Positions 46,566 through 56,201 of a stretch of 64,000 nucleotides of DNA are shown here, in pieces; positions within the stretch are counted from its first letter, which is position 1, and each line of letters starts with the position of its first letter. Under the pieces are notes generated by a model. It was given only the letters and a program-made list of their open reading frames with translations. It made no database searches and was not told the DNA's origin. This stretch comes from Planctomycetota bacterium (GTDB lineage Bacteria > Planctomycetota > JAJSAM01 > JAJVHW01): the NCBI GenBank assembly GCA_021776825.1, contig JAJFFG010000096.1, positions 55,876 through 119,875 of the forward strand, given 5' to 3'. Position numbers and translations under genes: made by a program.

Positions 46566-47909
46566 ATGGACCGTGTGCCGCCCCACGACAGCGAGGCCGA
46601 GATTGCCGTTCTCGGCTCGATGCTCCTCGACCCGGATGCCGCCGGGCGCGTTGCGTCCATCCTGAAGGCGAGCGACTTCTACCGCGGCCCCCACGGCGAC
46701 GTTTTCGGCGTGCTCACGGCGATCTACGACGAGAACCGCGCCATCGACGTCGTGCTGCTCCGCGAGGAGCTGCAGCGGCTCTCGCTGCTCGACAAGATCG
46801 GCGGCAGCGCGTTCCTCTCGCGGATCGTCGCCGCCGTTCCGACCGCGGCGAACGCCGAGCACTACGCGCGCATCGTCAGGGAGTGCTCGCTGCGCCGAGC
46901 GGTGATCACGGCGTCGAACTCGATCGAGCGCGAGGCGTACGACGGCGGACTGCCCGGCCGCGAGCTGGTCGACTTCGCCGAGAGTCAGTTCTTCGAGCTG
47001 GATCGCAAGACCGAGGGCGGCGAAGCGCTCCACATCAAGGACATCCTGAACGAGACCTTCAAGCGCATCGACGCGATGCAGGGTCAGGCGGGCAGCGTCA
47101 CCGGCGTGCCCACCGGGTTCTACGACCTCGACGACATGACGTCGGGGCTGCAGCCCGGAGAGCTCATCGTCGTGGCGGCGCGACCGTCGATGGGCAAGAC
47201 CACGTTCTGCCTGAACGTCGCCGAGCACGCGGCCGTGGCGGAGAGTTCGCCGGTCGCGATCTTCAGCCTCGAGATGTCGAAGGACTCGCTCGTCCAGAAC
47301 ATGCTTTGCTCTCGCGCCCGGGTGGACTCGCACAAGCTCCGTCGCGGCTTCCTGCGCGACGAGGACTGGGGCCGGATCTCGCAGGCGCTCGGCAAGCTCG
47401 GTGAGGCACCGATCTTCATCGACGACACTCCCGGCCTCACGCCACTGCTGCTCCGCGCGAAAGCGCGACGCCTGAAGGCGCAGCACAACATCGGGATGAT
47501 CATCATCGACTACCTCCAGCTCATGGAGGTGCCCTCGCGCGGTCGCGGCGACGCAAACCGACAGGCCGAGATCTCGTACATCTCGCGCTCGATCAAGGGC
47601 CTCGCCCGCGAGCTCTCCGTTCCGATCGTCGCGCTGTCGCAGTTGAACCGCGGCGTGGACAGCCGCGAGGACCATCGCCCCCGCATGAGCGATCTCCGCG
47701 AGTCGGGCGCCATCGAGCAGGACGCCGATGTGATCATGTTCCTCTACCGGCCCGAGTACTACGAGATGGACCCCGACCGCCGCGCGGAGATCGCGGGTCA
47801 GTCCGAGCTGATCATCAGCAAGCAACGCAACGGGCCGACGGGCACGGTGAACCTGACATTCCTGGCGCAGTACATGCGGTTCGAGTCCGCAACCCGCGAT
47901 CGCTACTGA
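46566..47909 (+). CDS. dnaB: Replicative DNA helicase DnaB
   Basis: PPHDSEAEIAVLG, VPTAANAEHYA, AARPSMGKT, FSLEMS, IIDYLQL, LSQLNR, DLRESGAIEQDAD; no intein seen. Confidence 0.97.
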   Translation: MDRVPPHDSEAEIAVLGSMLLDPDAAGRVASILKASDFYRGPHGDVFGVLTAIYDENRAIDVVLLREELQRLSLLDKIGGSAFLSRIVAAVPTAANAEHYARIVRECSLRRAVITASNSIEREAYDGGLPGRELVDFAESQFFELDRKTEGGEALHIKDILNETFKRIDAMQGQAGSVTGVPTGFYDLDDMTSGLQPGELIVVAARPSMGKTTFCLNVAEHAAVAESSPVAIFSLEMSKDSLVQNMLCSRARVDSHKLRRGFLRDEDWGRISQALGKLGEAPIFIDDTPGLTPLLLRAKARRLKAQHNIGMIIIDYLQLMEVPSRGRGDANRQAEISYISRSIKGLARELSVPIVALSQLNRGVDSREDHRPRMSDLRESGAIEQDADVIMFLYRPEYYEMDPDRRAEIAGQSELIISKQRNGPTGTVNLTFLAQYMRFESATRDRY

Positions 47910-47912
47910 TGC

Positions 47913-48637
47913 GGGGGGTCACGTCGATTGCACGGCGGTGGATTGGTGGGCGCTGATCGGGGCATTCGGCAATCGCCGCGCCCTCGGTGCTGTCTGGCGT
48001 GTGCTCGGTCTCGTCACGCGTCAGACGAGAGCCACCGGCGCCGGTCGAGGACCTCCGCGCGCGCATCTCCCGCGTCACGGCGCCTGCGCTGACGCGCAAC
48101 CGCCGCGCCCCGGGCGAGGATCCGGACGGGTTGGGTCCCCTCCGATCCAACGGCTCCGCTTCGTCAACGGCACCGTAGGGGCGGACCCCCTGGTCCGCCC
48201 CGCCCGCTGGGGTGGCTCGCGCGGGGTGGGTTCGATGGCGCACCGCGAGCGACCCTCGACATGCGGACGGCCACCGGTCGATGACGGTGCTCCCGCTCGT
48301 TGCCGCCTTTCGCCGCGGGTGCACACCCGATCTCCGATGCACGCCACCTCAACCGGGTCGTACGGGCGGATCTCCTGATCCGCCCCGCCCGCTGGAGTTG
48401 CTCGCTCGATGTGGGTCCGATGGCGCACGGCGGACGACCGACGACCGACGTGATGCGGACGGCCATCGGACGACGGCGTCGCCCGCCGATGGTTCCCCCT
48501 CGGCGTCGGCGTCATCGACTCGCGACGTCAATCGCCCGTGGCCGCCCGATCTACCGGCGTCGTTCGCGAAGCGCCATCCCCCATCCCGGCCCGAGCCACG
48601 CGCGTCGGCGCGGGCGGATCAGAGGCTCCGCCCCTAC
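47913..48637. repeat. Composite REP/REPIN-like element: one ~195-bp unit plus three GTAG-type REP hairpins
   Basis: GTAGGGGCGGACCCCCTGGTCCGCCC (48175-48200), GTACGGGCGGATCTCCTGATCCGCCC (48360-48385), inverted GTAGGGGCGGAGCCTCTGATCCGCCC (48612-48637); 48061-48440 aligns to 56151-56530. Confidence 0.85.
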
Positions 48638-50118
48638 GGCGCCTCCGCGCCTCCCCCGCTCCACCGTGGCGGCGTCAACCGCCGCTTCCCGTCCGCCGTC
48701 CGCGGCACGTCGCCCTCGCCCTCGCCGAACTTCCGATCCCAGAGCTGGCACGTGACCTCGACGTGCTTCTGGTCGAGCGCTTCGCAGTAGTTCGTGTAGA
48801 CGCAACGACGCACTGCCCCACCGTGGCCGGCCCGCACCTTCTGCCACCAGTCCGGATCCGCGAGCGACTGGCGCGCCGCTGCGACGATGTCGGCGTGACC
48901 GTCCGCGAGGATCGACTCGGCGAGGTCGAACGTGCCGATGCCTCCCGCGGTAACGACCGGAACGTCGTGTCCGTCGGCCCGCACCGCCGTGCGGATCGCA
49001 GCCGAGAGTGGCACGTTCCGCCCAAACGGGCCGGGGCTGCCCGCGAACACCGTCGGCATGCACTCGTGACCGCTCGGACCCGTGTACGGGTACACGGCCT
49101 CGCCGACGCGTGGCTGCTTGGCATCCTCGAACTTCCCACCCTTCGAGACGGACAGGAAGTCCATCCCGGCCGCGGCGAAGCGGCGTGCATACGCGACCGC
49201 GTCGTCGATGCGCGATCCGCCCTCGATGACCTCGTCGCCGAGGAAGCGACAGCCGACGACAAACTCTGGAGAGACCGCCGATCGAACTCGATCGAACACC
49301 TCGAGCGGCAGACGGACGCGCGCGTCGGGACTGCCGCCGTAGCCGTCGTCGCGATCGTTCGTTCGCGAGAGGAACGAAGCCATCGTGTAGGCGTGCGCGT
49401 AGTGCAGTTCGACACCATCGAACCCGGCTGTCTCCGCCCGGCGCGCTGCGTCGCCGAACAGCGTGGGGAGCGTCGCGGGCAGGTCGCGCACATGCGCCAG
49501 ATCGACGTCCGTCACGCGTTCACGATGGCCGTGGGTCAGCGCCTGGCGCTCACGCTCGTCCAGCACACCGACGAGTTCGTCGTCCGACAGCCCGCAGAGT
49601 GCCTCACGAACGTCGTCATCCGGGCGCGATCGCCACGCCGGATCCGCATGATGACGCGCCAGCCCGTCGCGATGCCCGTCGCGCAGCGCGAGGTAGCGGC
49701 CGAAGTACTTCTCTCGCATGGGCCGACGTCGAACGGAGAGGAAGTCGATCAGCTGGATCAGCAGACGCGTGTTGCCACCGGAGCGACGCCGTACCTCGTC
49801 CACCAGGCGTCGCAGACCCGGCACGAAGCGATCGTCGCCGATCCGGAGGAGCGGCCCGCTGGGCACGTCGCGGATGCCGGTCGCCTCGACGACGAGAACA
49901 CCGGGCCGCCCGTCGGCGAAGCGGCCATACCAGTCCACGACGGCATCGGTCGCGAAGCCCTGTTCGGTGGCGCGCCACGGCACCATCGCGGGCACCCAGG
50001 TGCGCGAGGACGCCACGCAGCTCTGACCGATCCGCACGGGCGAGAACAGTCGAGAGGCCGCGGCCTCGTCAGAGGTCGGCCAGTGCGCATCCGGGAGCGG
50101 GTGGCGCGTGCGTGCCAA
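48634..50118 (-). CDS. NADH:flavin oxidoreductase / old yellow enzyme family
   Basis: LFSPVRIG, VVEATGI, AGFDGVELHYAHAY, RTNDRDDGYGGS…RVRLPLE, ADIVAAARQSLADPDW. Confidence 0.9.
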   Translation of the reverse strand: MARTRHPLPDAHWPTSDEAAASRLFSPVRIGQSCVASSRTWVPAMVPWRATEQGFATDAVVDWYGRFADGRPGVLVVEATGIRDVPSGPLLRIGDDRFVPGLRRLVDEVRRRSGGNTRLLIQLIDFLSVRRRPMREKYFGRYLALRDGHRDGLARHHADPAWRSRPDDDVREALCGLSDDELVGVLDERERQALTHGHRERVTDVDLAHVRDLPATLPTLFGDAARRAETAGFDGVELHYAHAYTMASFLSRTNDRDDGYGGSPDARVRLPLEVFDRVRSAVSPEFVVGCRFLGDEVIEGGSRIDDAVAYARRFAAAGMDFLSVSKGGKFEDAKQPRVGEAVYPYTGPSGHECMPTVFAGSPGPFGRNVPLSAAIRTAVRADGHDVPVVTAGGIGTFDLAESILADGHADIVAAARQSLADPDWWQKVRAGHGGAVRRCVYTNYCEALDQKHVEVTCQLWDRKFGEGEGDVPRTADGKRRLTPPRWSGGGAEAP

Positions 50119-50135
50119 CGCGGTCAGCTCCCCCC

Positions 50136-50203
50136 CCCTGCAGAAGTCACCCTGCGGAAGTCACCCTGCAGAACTCCCTGTCCGGAGTTCCCTGTCCGGA
50201 ACT
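50136..50203. repeat. Five short direct repeats (12-14 bp, CCCTG-led) upstream of the oxidoreductase
   Basis: CCCTGCAGAAGTCA, CCCTGCGGAAGTCA, CCCTGCAGAACT, CCCTGTCCGGAGTT, CCCTGTCCGGAACT. Confidence 0.75.
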
Positions 50204-50291
50204 GCCCATCCCCAACTGGCTCGTCGGGCGGTCCGGAACGGCGCGCGGCCCGTCCACAAGTGGATCGGGCCGCGCCCCACGTTGCGGCGCG

Positions 50292-50768
50292 TTAGGCGCC
50301 GGCTCCGGTCGCGTCCTCGGGGGGAGGCGCGACCACGTACAGCTTCACGGTTGACGTGACGTCGGCGAACACCTTGACGCCGATCTCGTAGATGCCGAGT
50401 TCCTTGATCGGCTCAGCGAGCACGATCCCACTCGCCTCTACAGCGACGCCTTCCTTGGTGATGGCCTCGGCGATGATCGCCGCGGTCACCGAGCCGTAGA
50501 GCGTTCCGCCCTCGGCGGCGCGCGCTTCGACATGCACGGAGACGTTCTCGAGACGGGCAACCTGCGCCGCCGCCTCGTCACGCTTCTTCGCCAGCACGAG
50601 AGTGCGGCGCTTGCCGTAGGCCTCGGCCTGCTTCACGGCATCCGCCGAGATGGGCGCCGCGAGTCGGCGCGGCAACAGGAAGTTGCGCGCGAACCCCGAA
50701 CGGACCTTCACGACGTCACCGGGCTCACCGAGTCCAGCGACCTCTTTCAGCAGCATGAGCTCCTTCAT
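50292..50768 (-). CDS. rplI: 50S ribosomal protein L9
   Basis: LLKEVAGLGEPGDVVKVRSGFARNFLLP, GTLYGSVT, PIKELG. Confidence 0.96.
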   Translation of the reverse strand: MKELMLLKEVAGLGEPGDVVKVRSGFARNFLLPRRLAAPISADAVKQAEAYGKRRTLVLAKKRDEAAAQVARLENVSVHVEARAAEGGTLYGSVTAAIIAEAITKEGVAVEASGIVLAEPIKELGIYEIGVKVFADVTSTVKLYVVAPPPEDATGAGA

Positions 50769-50778
50769 CGGGTCCTCC

Positions 50779-51024
50779 TCAGCGTGCCGCGTACGGCATC
50801 AGTCCCATGAAGCGGGCGTACTTGATCGCGCGCTTCAGCTGTCGCTGGTGACGCGTCGAGATGCCGGAGCGCTTGCGGGAGAAGATCTTCCCCTGCCCGG
50901 TCGTGAAACGCTGGAGGGTCGGGATGTCCTTCCAGTCGATGTACTTGATCTTCGCGCGGGTGAACCGGCAGCGGTTCTTGCCCTTGAAGCGCTTGAAGCG
51001 TTCCTTGCCGTCCTGTTGTCCCAT
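50779..51024 (-). CDS. rpsR: 30S ribosomal protein S18
   Basis: YIDWKDIPTLQRF…GKIFSRKRSG…HQRQLKRAIKYARFMGLMPY. Confidence 0.96.
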   Translation of the reverse strand: MGQQDGKERFKRFKGKNRCRFTRAKIKYIDWKDIPTLQRFTTGQGKIFSRKRSGISTRHQRQLKRAIKYARFMGLMPYAAR

Positions 51025-51605
51025 CAGGCCTCGCCTCCTGCCCCGGTCTCTGCCGGCGCGGCTTCGGTCGCATCCTTCTTCGGAGCCGCGGCCGGAGCCA
51101 CAGCGGGTTCTGCAGCGGGTTCTGCCGTAGCTGCGGCAGCGGGTGCTGCAGCGGCTGCGGCTGGGCGCTCTTCCTCGCGACGACGACGGCCACCGCCGCC
51201 ACCACCGCCGCCACCACCACCGAAGCCACCGCGATCGCGGTCACCGCCGAAGCCGCCACGACGATCCTCTTCCTCGGGCAGCATGCGCTTCTGCTCGAGC
51301 GTCTCCGGAATGGAGGCGTCCTCCGGCATTGCCAGGATCAGGAACCGCAGCACATCCTCCTTCAGGAGGAGGTCGGCGCGCATCTGCGCGATCGACGGCG
51401 GCGGTGCCTTGAAGTACGCCAAGAGGTAGGTGCCGCGGTTGCGACCCTTGATCGGGTAGGCGAGCTTGCGCTCGTCCCACTTCCCATGAAGGACCATCTC
51501 AGCGCCGTAGCGCTCGAGCGTGCTGGTCACCACCTCGACGATGCCGTCCCATTCCTTCACGGCCTGTCCGTTGTCGAACAGGAACATGCCTTCGTAGTTC
51601 CTCAA
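51024..51605 (-). CDS. rpsF: 30S ribosomal protein S6 with Gly/Arg then Ala/Pro/Glu-rich C-terminal tail
   Basis: RNYEGMFLF, WDERKLAYPI, EDVLRFLIL; TTG start. Confidence 0.93.
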   Translation of the reverse strand: MRNYEGMFLFDNGQAVKEWDGIVEVVTSTLERYGAEMVLHGKWDERKLAYPIKGRNRGTYLLAYFKAPPPSIAQMRADLLLKEDVLRFLILAMPEDASIPETLEQKRMLPEEEDRRGGFGGDRDRGGFGGGGGGGGGGGRRRREEERPAAAAAAPAAAATAEPAAEPAVAPAAAPKKDATEAAPAETGAGGEA

Positions 51606-51660
51606 CTCAGCCTCCGTCGGGAGAACACAGGCAGGCGTTCGTTCGCCCGGCCCCCTCCCG

Positions 51661-52218
51661 TCATCCGTTGTGTCTGTTCATCGCTCCGCCGGTTCCCAGG
51701 CGAACCCAGGACTCGACACAGTCGGCGCCGTCCTCGTAGGCCTCCTCGATGCGATCCCGCTCCGAGGGGCGAAAGCGCGTGAGGACGAACTGCTCGGCCT
51801 GCCCTGGAGGGGGCGTGCCGATGCCGACGCGTAGTCGCGGCAGGTCATCGCCGATGTGGGCGATGATCGACCGCATTCCGTTGTGCCCTCCAGCGGAGCC
51901 CTGCGCACGCAGACGCAGGCCGCCCAACTCGAGGTGAAAGTCATCCAAGACGATCAAGACGTCGTCGTGGGCGACGTCGCGCTCGCGCGCGACGCGTGCG
52001 ATCACCGGTCCCGAACGGTTCACGTACGACAACGGCTCGAGGAGGGCGACCTCCTCGTCTCCGATGCGACCGCGAACCATGCGCGCGTTGAGCCTCTTCT
52101 CCCGCTCCAGGGTGAGACCGTTGCGCGATGCCACGCGCTCCACGATCTCGAACCCCACGTTGTGGCGGGTTCCGAGGTACTCGCGTCCAGGATTGCCGAT
52201 GCCCACGACGAGTTTCAT
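51661..52218 (-). CDS. pth: Peptidyl-tRNA hydrolase
   Basis: LVVGIGNPG…TRHNVGF, SYVNRSG, GSAGGHNGMRSI, RLRVGIG. Confidence 0.96.
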   Translation of the reverse strand: MKLVVGIGNPGREYLGTRHNVGFEIVERVASRNGLTLEREKRLNARMVRGRIGDEEVALLEPLSYVNRSGPVIARVARERDVAHDDVLIVLDDFHLELGGLRLRAQGSAGGHNGMRSIIAHIGDDLPRLRVGIGTPPPGQAEQFVLTRFRPSERDRIEEAYEDGADCVESWVRLGTGGAMNRHNG

Positions 52219-52223
52219 CGTGC

Positions 52224-52832
52224 CTAGCTGGCGACCTCGACCGAGGCCTCGTCGTCGCCTTCGTCCTCATCGTCGTCCTCGGTGCCACGCGGCGCCGCGC
52301 AGGTCACGACCACGCTGTCGGGATCGACGGCGAGTGCGACGTTCTCCGGCAGTTCCACGTCGCGAGCGTAGAGCGACTCACCCAGACCGAGCTCGGTCAT
52401 CGTGACGACCACCTTCTCCGGGATGTTCGTCGGAAGGCAGCGCAGCGTGATGTAGTTCGACGTCACCGCCACGATGCCGCCAGCCGAGAGGCCCTTGGGC
52501 ACGCCGACGAAGTCGACGGGCACGGCCAGTTCGATCTCCTTGTCCGGCGACAGCCGCAGGAAGTCGGCGTGGAGCAGACGGCGCCCGAGAGCGTCCCACT
52601 GGACGTCCTTGAGCAGCACACGCGCCTCGCCAACGCCCTCCATCACGAGATCCAGCACGCGCGCGCCGTCCTCGAGTGCGCGCGAGAAGTCACGCATGGT
52701 CAGCGTGACGCTGCGCGGCTCGACGCCCTCGCCGTAGATGATCCCGGGCAACCGGCCCGCACGACGGAACCGCCGCGCGACCGCGGAACCCGTGTCCTCG
52801 CGCGGCTCAGCAGAAAGAGTCACGACCTTCAT
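52224..52832 (-). CDS. rplY: 50S ribosomal protein L25/Ctc
   Basis: ARRFRRAGRLPGIIYG, VLLKDVQWD…LHADF, GLSAGG, CLPTNIPEKV. Confidence 0.95.
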   Translation of the reverse strand: MKVVTLSAEPREDTGSAVARRFRRAGRLPGIIYGEGVEPRSVTLTMRDFSRALEDGARVLDLVMEGVGEARVLLKDVQWDALGRRLLHADFLRLSPDKEIELAVPVDFVGVPKGLSAGGIVAVTSNYITLRCLPTNIPEKVVVTMTELGLGESLYARDVELPENVALAVDPDSVVVTCAAPRGTEDDDEDEGDDEASVEVAS

Positions 52833-52904
52833 CTCTTCATCCTCCTGACCGGTGGGCGTTCCCACCGGACCCTGTTCTCTCTGGGGTTCTCTCTCGGGTT
52901 CTCA

Positions 52905-53852
52905 CTAGACCGGGAACAGCTTCGAGACCGAGCGTCCCTGATGGATCCGTAGGATCGCGTCGCCGAGGAGGTCCCCGCACGACAGCACGGTCACTCCCGA
53001 CGGACTCGACTCCCGCAGCGGGATGCTGTCGGTCACGACGATCGAGTCGATCGGCGCAGCCTCCAGGCGCTCCTTCGCGGGACCACAGAACACAGCGTGC
53101 GTCGCCGCCACGTGCACTTCGCTGGCGCCGTTCTCGCGCAACGCGCGAGCGGCCTCGCTCATCGTGCCCGCGGTCGAGATCATGTCGTCCACGAGCAGGC
53201 AGCGCTTGCCGTCGACGTCGCCGATGATGTGCATCGCCTTGGCCATGTCGGACGACATGCGCCGCTTGTCGACGATGGCGAGCGAGAGGCCCAACAGCTT
53301 CGCGTAGGCACGTGCCTGCTTGATGCCACCCACGTCCGGCGCGACGACACAGCCGTCGTTGCCGAACATGCGGTTGCGCTGGAAGTGATCGAGGAAGACG
53401 CGCGAGCCGTAGAGGTGGTCGACCGGGATGTCGAAGAACCCCTGGATCTGCGCGGCGTGCAGGTCGAGGCAGACCACGCGGTCGACGCCCGAGCGCGTGA
53501 TGATGTTGGCGACCAGCTTGGCGCTGATCGGCACACGGCCCTCGTCCTTGCGATCCTTGCGGGCGTAACCGAAGTACGGGATCACCGCCGTGACGCGCGC
53601 GGCTGACGCACGCCGCAGCGTGTCGACCAGCAGCAGCAGCTCGATCAGGCTGTCGTTCACCGGCGGGCACGTCGGTTGGATCACGAACACGTCGCGGCCG
53701 CGCACGTCCTCGTTGATTTTCACGTCGATCTCGCCGTCGGGAAACGGAGTGATCGACACCTTCCCGACTGGGATCTCCAAGCGGCTGCAGACGCGCCGCG
53801 CGAGGTCCGGGTTGGCATTGCCCGTGAAGACCTGAAGCGGACCGACGATCAT
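52905..53852 (-). CDS. prs: Ribose-phosphate pyrophosphokinase
   Basis: FPDGEIDV, PYFGYARKDRK, DLHAAQIQGFF, VAPDVGG, LVDDMISTAGT, ATHAVF. Confidence 0.97.
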   Translation of the reverse strand: MIVGPLQVFTGNANPDLARRVCSRLEIPVGKVSITPFPDGEIDVKINEDVRGRDVFVIQPTCPPVNDSLIELLLLVDTLRRASAARVTAVIPYFGYARKDRKDEGRVPISAKLVANIITRSGVDRVVCLDLHAAQIQGFFDIPVDHLYGSRVFLDHFQRNRMFGNDGCVVAPDVGGIKQARAYAKLLGLSLAIVDKRRMSSDMAKAMHIIGDVDGKRCLLVDDMISTAGTMSEAARALRENGASEVHVAATHAVFCGPAKERLEAAPIDSIVVTDSIPLRESSPSGVTVLSCGDLLGDAILRIHQGRSVSKLFPV

Positions 53853-55159
53853 CGCTTCCCTCCCTTGCGCGTCGCCTTCACGGCAGCGTGCTTCTGCTTG
53901 CCGAGGCTCCTCGCGGGGACGCCGACCACGACGTCTCCGGGGGCCACGTCTCGTCCGGCCGTCACAACCGCACCGGCACCAGTAGTGGCACCGTCACCGA
54001 CGCGGACGGGTGCGACGAGCACCGTCCCGCTGCCGATGTGGACGTCGTTGCCGATCGTCGTGCGGTGCTTGTTCTTGCCGTCGTAGTTGGCCGTGATCGT
54101 TCCGCAGCCCACGTTCGTCCCCGCACCGATCTCGGTGTCACCGAGATACGTGAGGTGCTTGGCCTTCGTGCGCTCGCCGATGACGGCCTTCTTCGTCTCG
54201 ACGAAGTTCCCGACCTCGGCGCGGTTCTTCATGACCGTGCCCGGTCGCAGATGCGTGAACGGCCCGACCTCGCAGTCCTCGCCTACGACGACGTCCGGCT
54301 CGATCACCGTGCAGGGCAGGATGCGCGTGCCGCGACCGATCTGCGACCCCATCGCCACGAACGTGGTGGCGGGGTCCTGGATCTCCACGCCCGCCGCCAT
54401 CAGCTCCTCGAGGCGGCGCCAGCGCAACCGCGTGCCGGCCTCGGCGAGCTCGCTGAGATTGTTCACCCCGAGGACCTCGTCCTCGGTGCCGCAATCGACG
54501 GCGAGGACGCGCTTGCCACGGCGCAGGAGGATCTGCGGCACGTCCGTCACGTAGTACTCGCCCTGCGCGTTGTTCGATCGCACGGCACGGAGCGCCGAAC
54601 GCAGTTCGTCGGAGTCGAACGCGTAGAGTCCGGAGTTGATCTCGCGCACCGCGCGCTCCTCGTCGGAGCAGTCCTTCGCCTCGCGAACCCCGACGAAGTT
54701 CCCCTTCGCGTCGCGCAGCACGCGGCCGTACGCGCCGGCATCGTCTAGGACGACACTCAGGAGCGAGGCGGCCGAGCGGCCACGGTGATGGCGCTGGACC
54801 AGGGTGCGGAGCGTCTCGGTCCGCACGAGCGGCACGTCGCCGCTGAGGACGACCACGGTTCCGTCGAAGCCCTTCAGCCCGCTCAGACCGGCCTTCACGG
54901 CGTCAGCGGTGCCCTTCTGCTGCTTCTGCACCGCGAACGTGATGCCCGGAATCCCCGCAAGCGCCCTCTCGACCATCTCGCGGCCGTACCCGACGACCAC
55001 GACCACACGCTCCGGGCGCAGACCGCGCACGGCCTCCACCACGTGACGGACCATCGGCCAGCCACAGACCTCGAACGCCACCTTGGGACGCTCGCTCTTC
55101 ATGCGTGTGCCCTGTCCAGCGGCGAGAATCACCGCGGCCAGGGGCCGTCGTCGTGCCAT
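53849..55159 (-). CDS. glmU: Bifunctional UDP-GlcNAc pyrophosphorylase / GlcN-1-P acetyltransferase
   Basis: ILAAGQGTRMKS, GDVPL, YGRVLR, EINSGLY, NAQGEYYVTD, GNFVETK, HLTYLGD, NYDGKNKH. Confidence 0.96.
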   Translation of the reverse strand: MARRRPLAAVILAAGQGTRMKSERPKVAFEVCGWPMVRHVVEAVRGLRPERVVVVVGYGREMVERALAGIPGITFAVQKQQKGTADAVKAGLSGLKGFDGTVVVLSGDVPLVRTETLRTLVQRHHRGRSAASLLSVVLDDAGAYGRVLRDAKGNFVGVREAKDCSDEERAVREINSGLYAFDSDELRSALRAVRSNNAQGEYYVTDVPQILLRRGKRVLAVDCGTEDEVLGVNNLSELAEAGTRLRWRRLEELMAAGVEIQDPATTFVAMGSQIGRGTRILPCTVIEPDVVVGEDCEVGPFTHLRPGTVMKNRAEVGNFVETKKAVIGERTKAKHLTYLGDTEIGAGTNVGCGTITANYDGKNKHRTTIGNDVHIGSGTVLVAPVRVGDGATTGAGAVVTAGRDVAPGDVVVGVPARSLGKQKHAAVKATRKGGKR

Positions 55160-55394
55160 GGGTCAATCCCGTTCAGCCGGGCGGGGGCGCCGTCCGGCGG
55201 GCCGCCACTCAGGGGCCCGTATCTCACGTCATCGAACTCCGGTCGGGGGGCGGCCGGTTGGCCCGGATCACCTGGTCCGGGACCGCGGGAGCGGGGAGCC
55301 CCTGCGGAAGAGGGCGGAGCCTACCAAGCCACTCCGCGGCCCGCCTCATTTTCGGGGAGGCCGGAGGCTGCGGGGTACAGTCCCAGGCAGCGCC

Positions 55395-55465
55395 TCCCCG
55401 GTGGTGTAATGGCAACACAGTGGGTTTTGGTCCCTCTGATCCAGGTTCGAGTCCTGGCCGGGGAT
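55395..55465 (+). tRNA. tRNA-Gln (anticodon TTG)
   Basis: Acceptor TCCCCGG/CCGGGGA, D-arm GTGT/ACAC, anticodon loop TTTTGGT (TTG at 55427-55429), T-arm CCAGG-TTCGAGT-CCTGG; CCA not encoded. Confidence 0.93.
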
Positions 55466-56201
55466 CGCGTCACGGCGCTTGCGCTGACGCGCAACCGCCG
55501 CGCCGCGAACCCCGGCTCTCCTTTCTGGTCGGCTCCGCGGGTGCGAGGGCTCGGCGTCGAGAGCGTGGCCCCTCGGCCGCACCCTTGCGTGGCCTCACCA
55601 GGATCGCGTCACGGCGAGGGGTCACGTCGATTGCTAGCCGGTGGTTGGTGACGCCGACCGGGACATGCGGCAATCGCCGCGCCTCCCGTGTTCCCGGTCG
55701 GCTCCGCGGCTGCGTCACCTCGCACGCGAGCGCGGTGCCCATCGGTCGCAGCCTTGCGTGGCCTCATTCCCCGCGTCACGGCGCTTGCGCTGGCGCGCAA
55801 CCGCCGCGCCCCGGGGTCACGTCGATTGCTGGTTGTCCGTTGGTGACGCGATTCGAACGTGCGGCAATCGCCGCGCCTCCCGTGTTCCTGGTCGGCTCCG
55901 CGGCTGCGTCACCTCGCACGCGAGCGCGGTGCCCATCGGTCGCAGCCTTGCGTGGCCTCATCTCCCGCGTCACGCTGCTTGCGCTCGGGCGCAACCAGCG
56001 CGCCCCGGGGTCACGTCGACTGCTAGCCGGTGGTTGGTGACGCCGACCGGGACATGCGGCAATCGCCGCGCCTCCCGTGTTCCTGGTCGGCTCCGCGGCT
56101 GCGTCACCTCGCACGCGAGCGCGGTGCCCGTCGGTCGCAGCCTTGCGTGGCCTCATCTCCCGCGTCACGCTGCTTGCGCTCGGGCGCAACCAGCGCGCCC
56201 C
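55466..56201 (+). repeat. Tandem array of ~195-bp units (three full units plus a diverged partial) directly downstream of tRNA-Gln
   Basis: GGGGTCACGTCGA unit starts at 55618, 55813, 56007 (periods 195, 194); near-identical bodies. Confidence 0.92.

Noticed and set aside
43836-47825. 1329-aa ORF as a giant BamA fusion
   Set aside because: The N-terminal ~460 codons are the stop-free antisense of dnaB; real BamA starts at 46436 with a signal peptide.
47910-50291. Replication origin near dnaB-rplI
   Set aside because: No DnaA boxes (TTATCCACA-like) or AT-rich unwinding element are visible.
52874-52909. 12-bp x3 GTTCTC repeat between prs and rplY as an L25 regulatory element
   Set aside because: Very short and overlapping the prs stop; no structure supporting a leader could be established.
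55395-55465. tRNA pseudogene because of the U-U pair in the anticodon stem and the missing CCA
   Set aside because: One mismatch and a non-encoded CCA are common in functional bacterial tRNAs; the other arms are canonical.
55462-55616. attL/attR of a tRNA-integrated island (16-bp GGATCGCGTCACGGCG at 55462 and 55601)
   Set aside because: The copies are only 139 bp apart, most of the match is the conserved core of the repeat unit, and there is no integrase or cargo.
55466-56201. CRISPR array
   Set aside because: Units are ~195 bp and near-identical along their whole length, with no unique spacers, and no cas genes are in the window.
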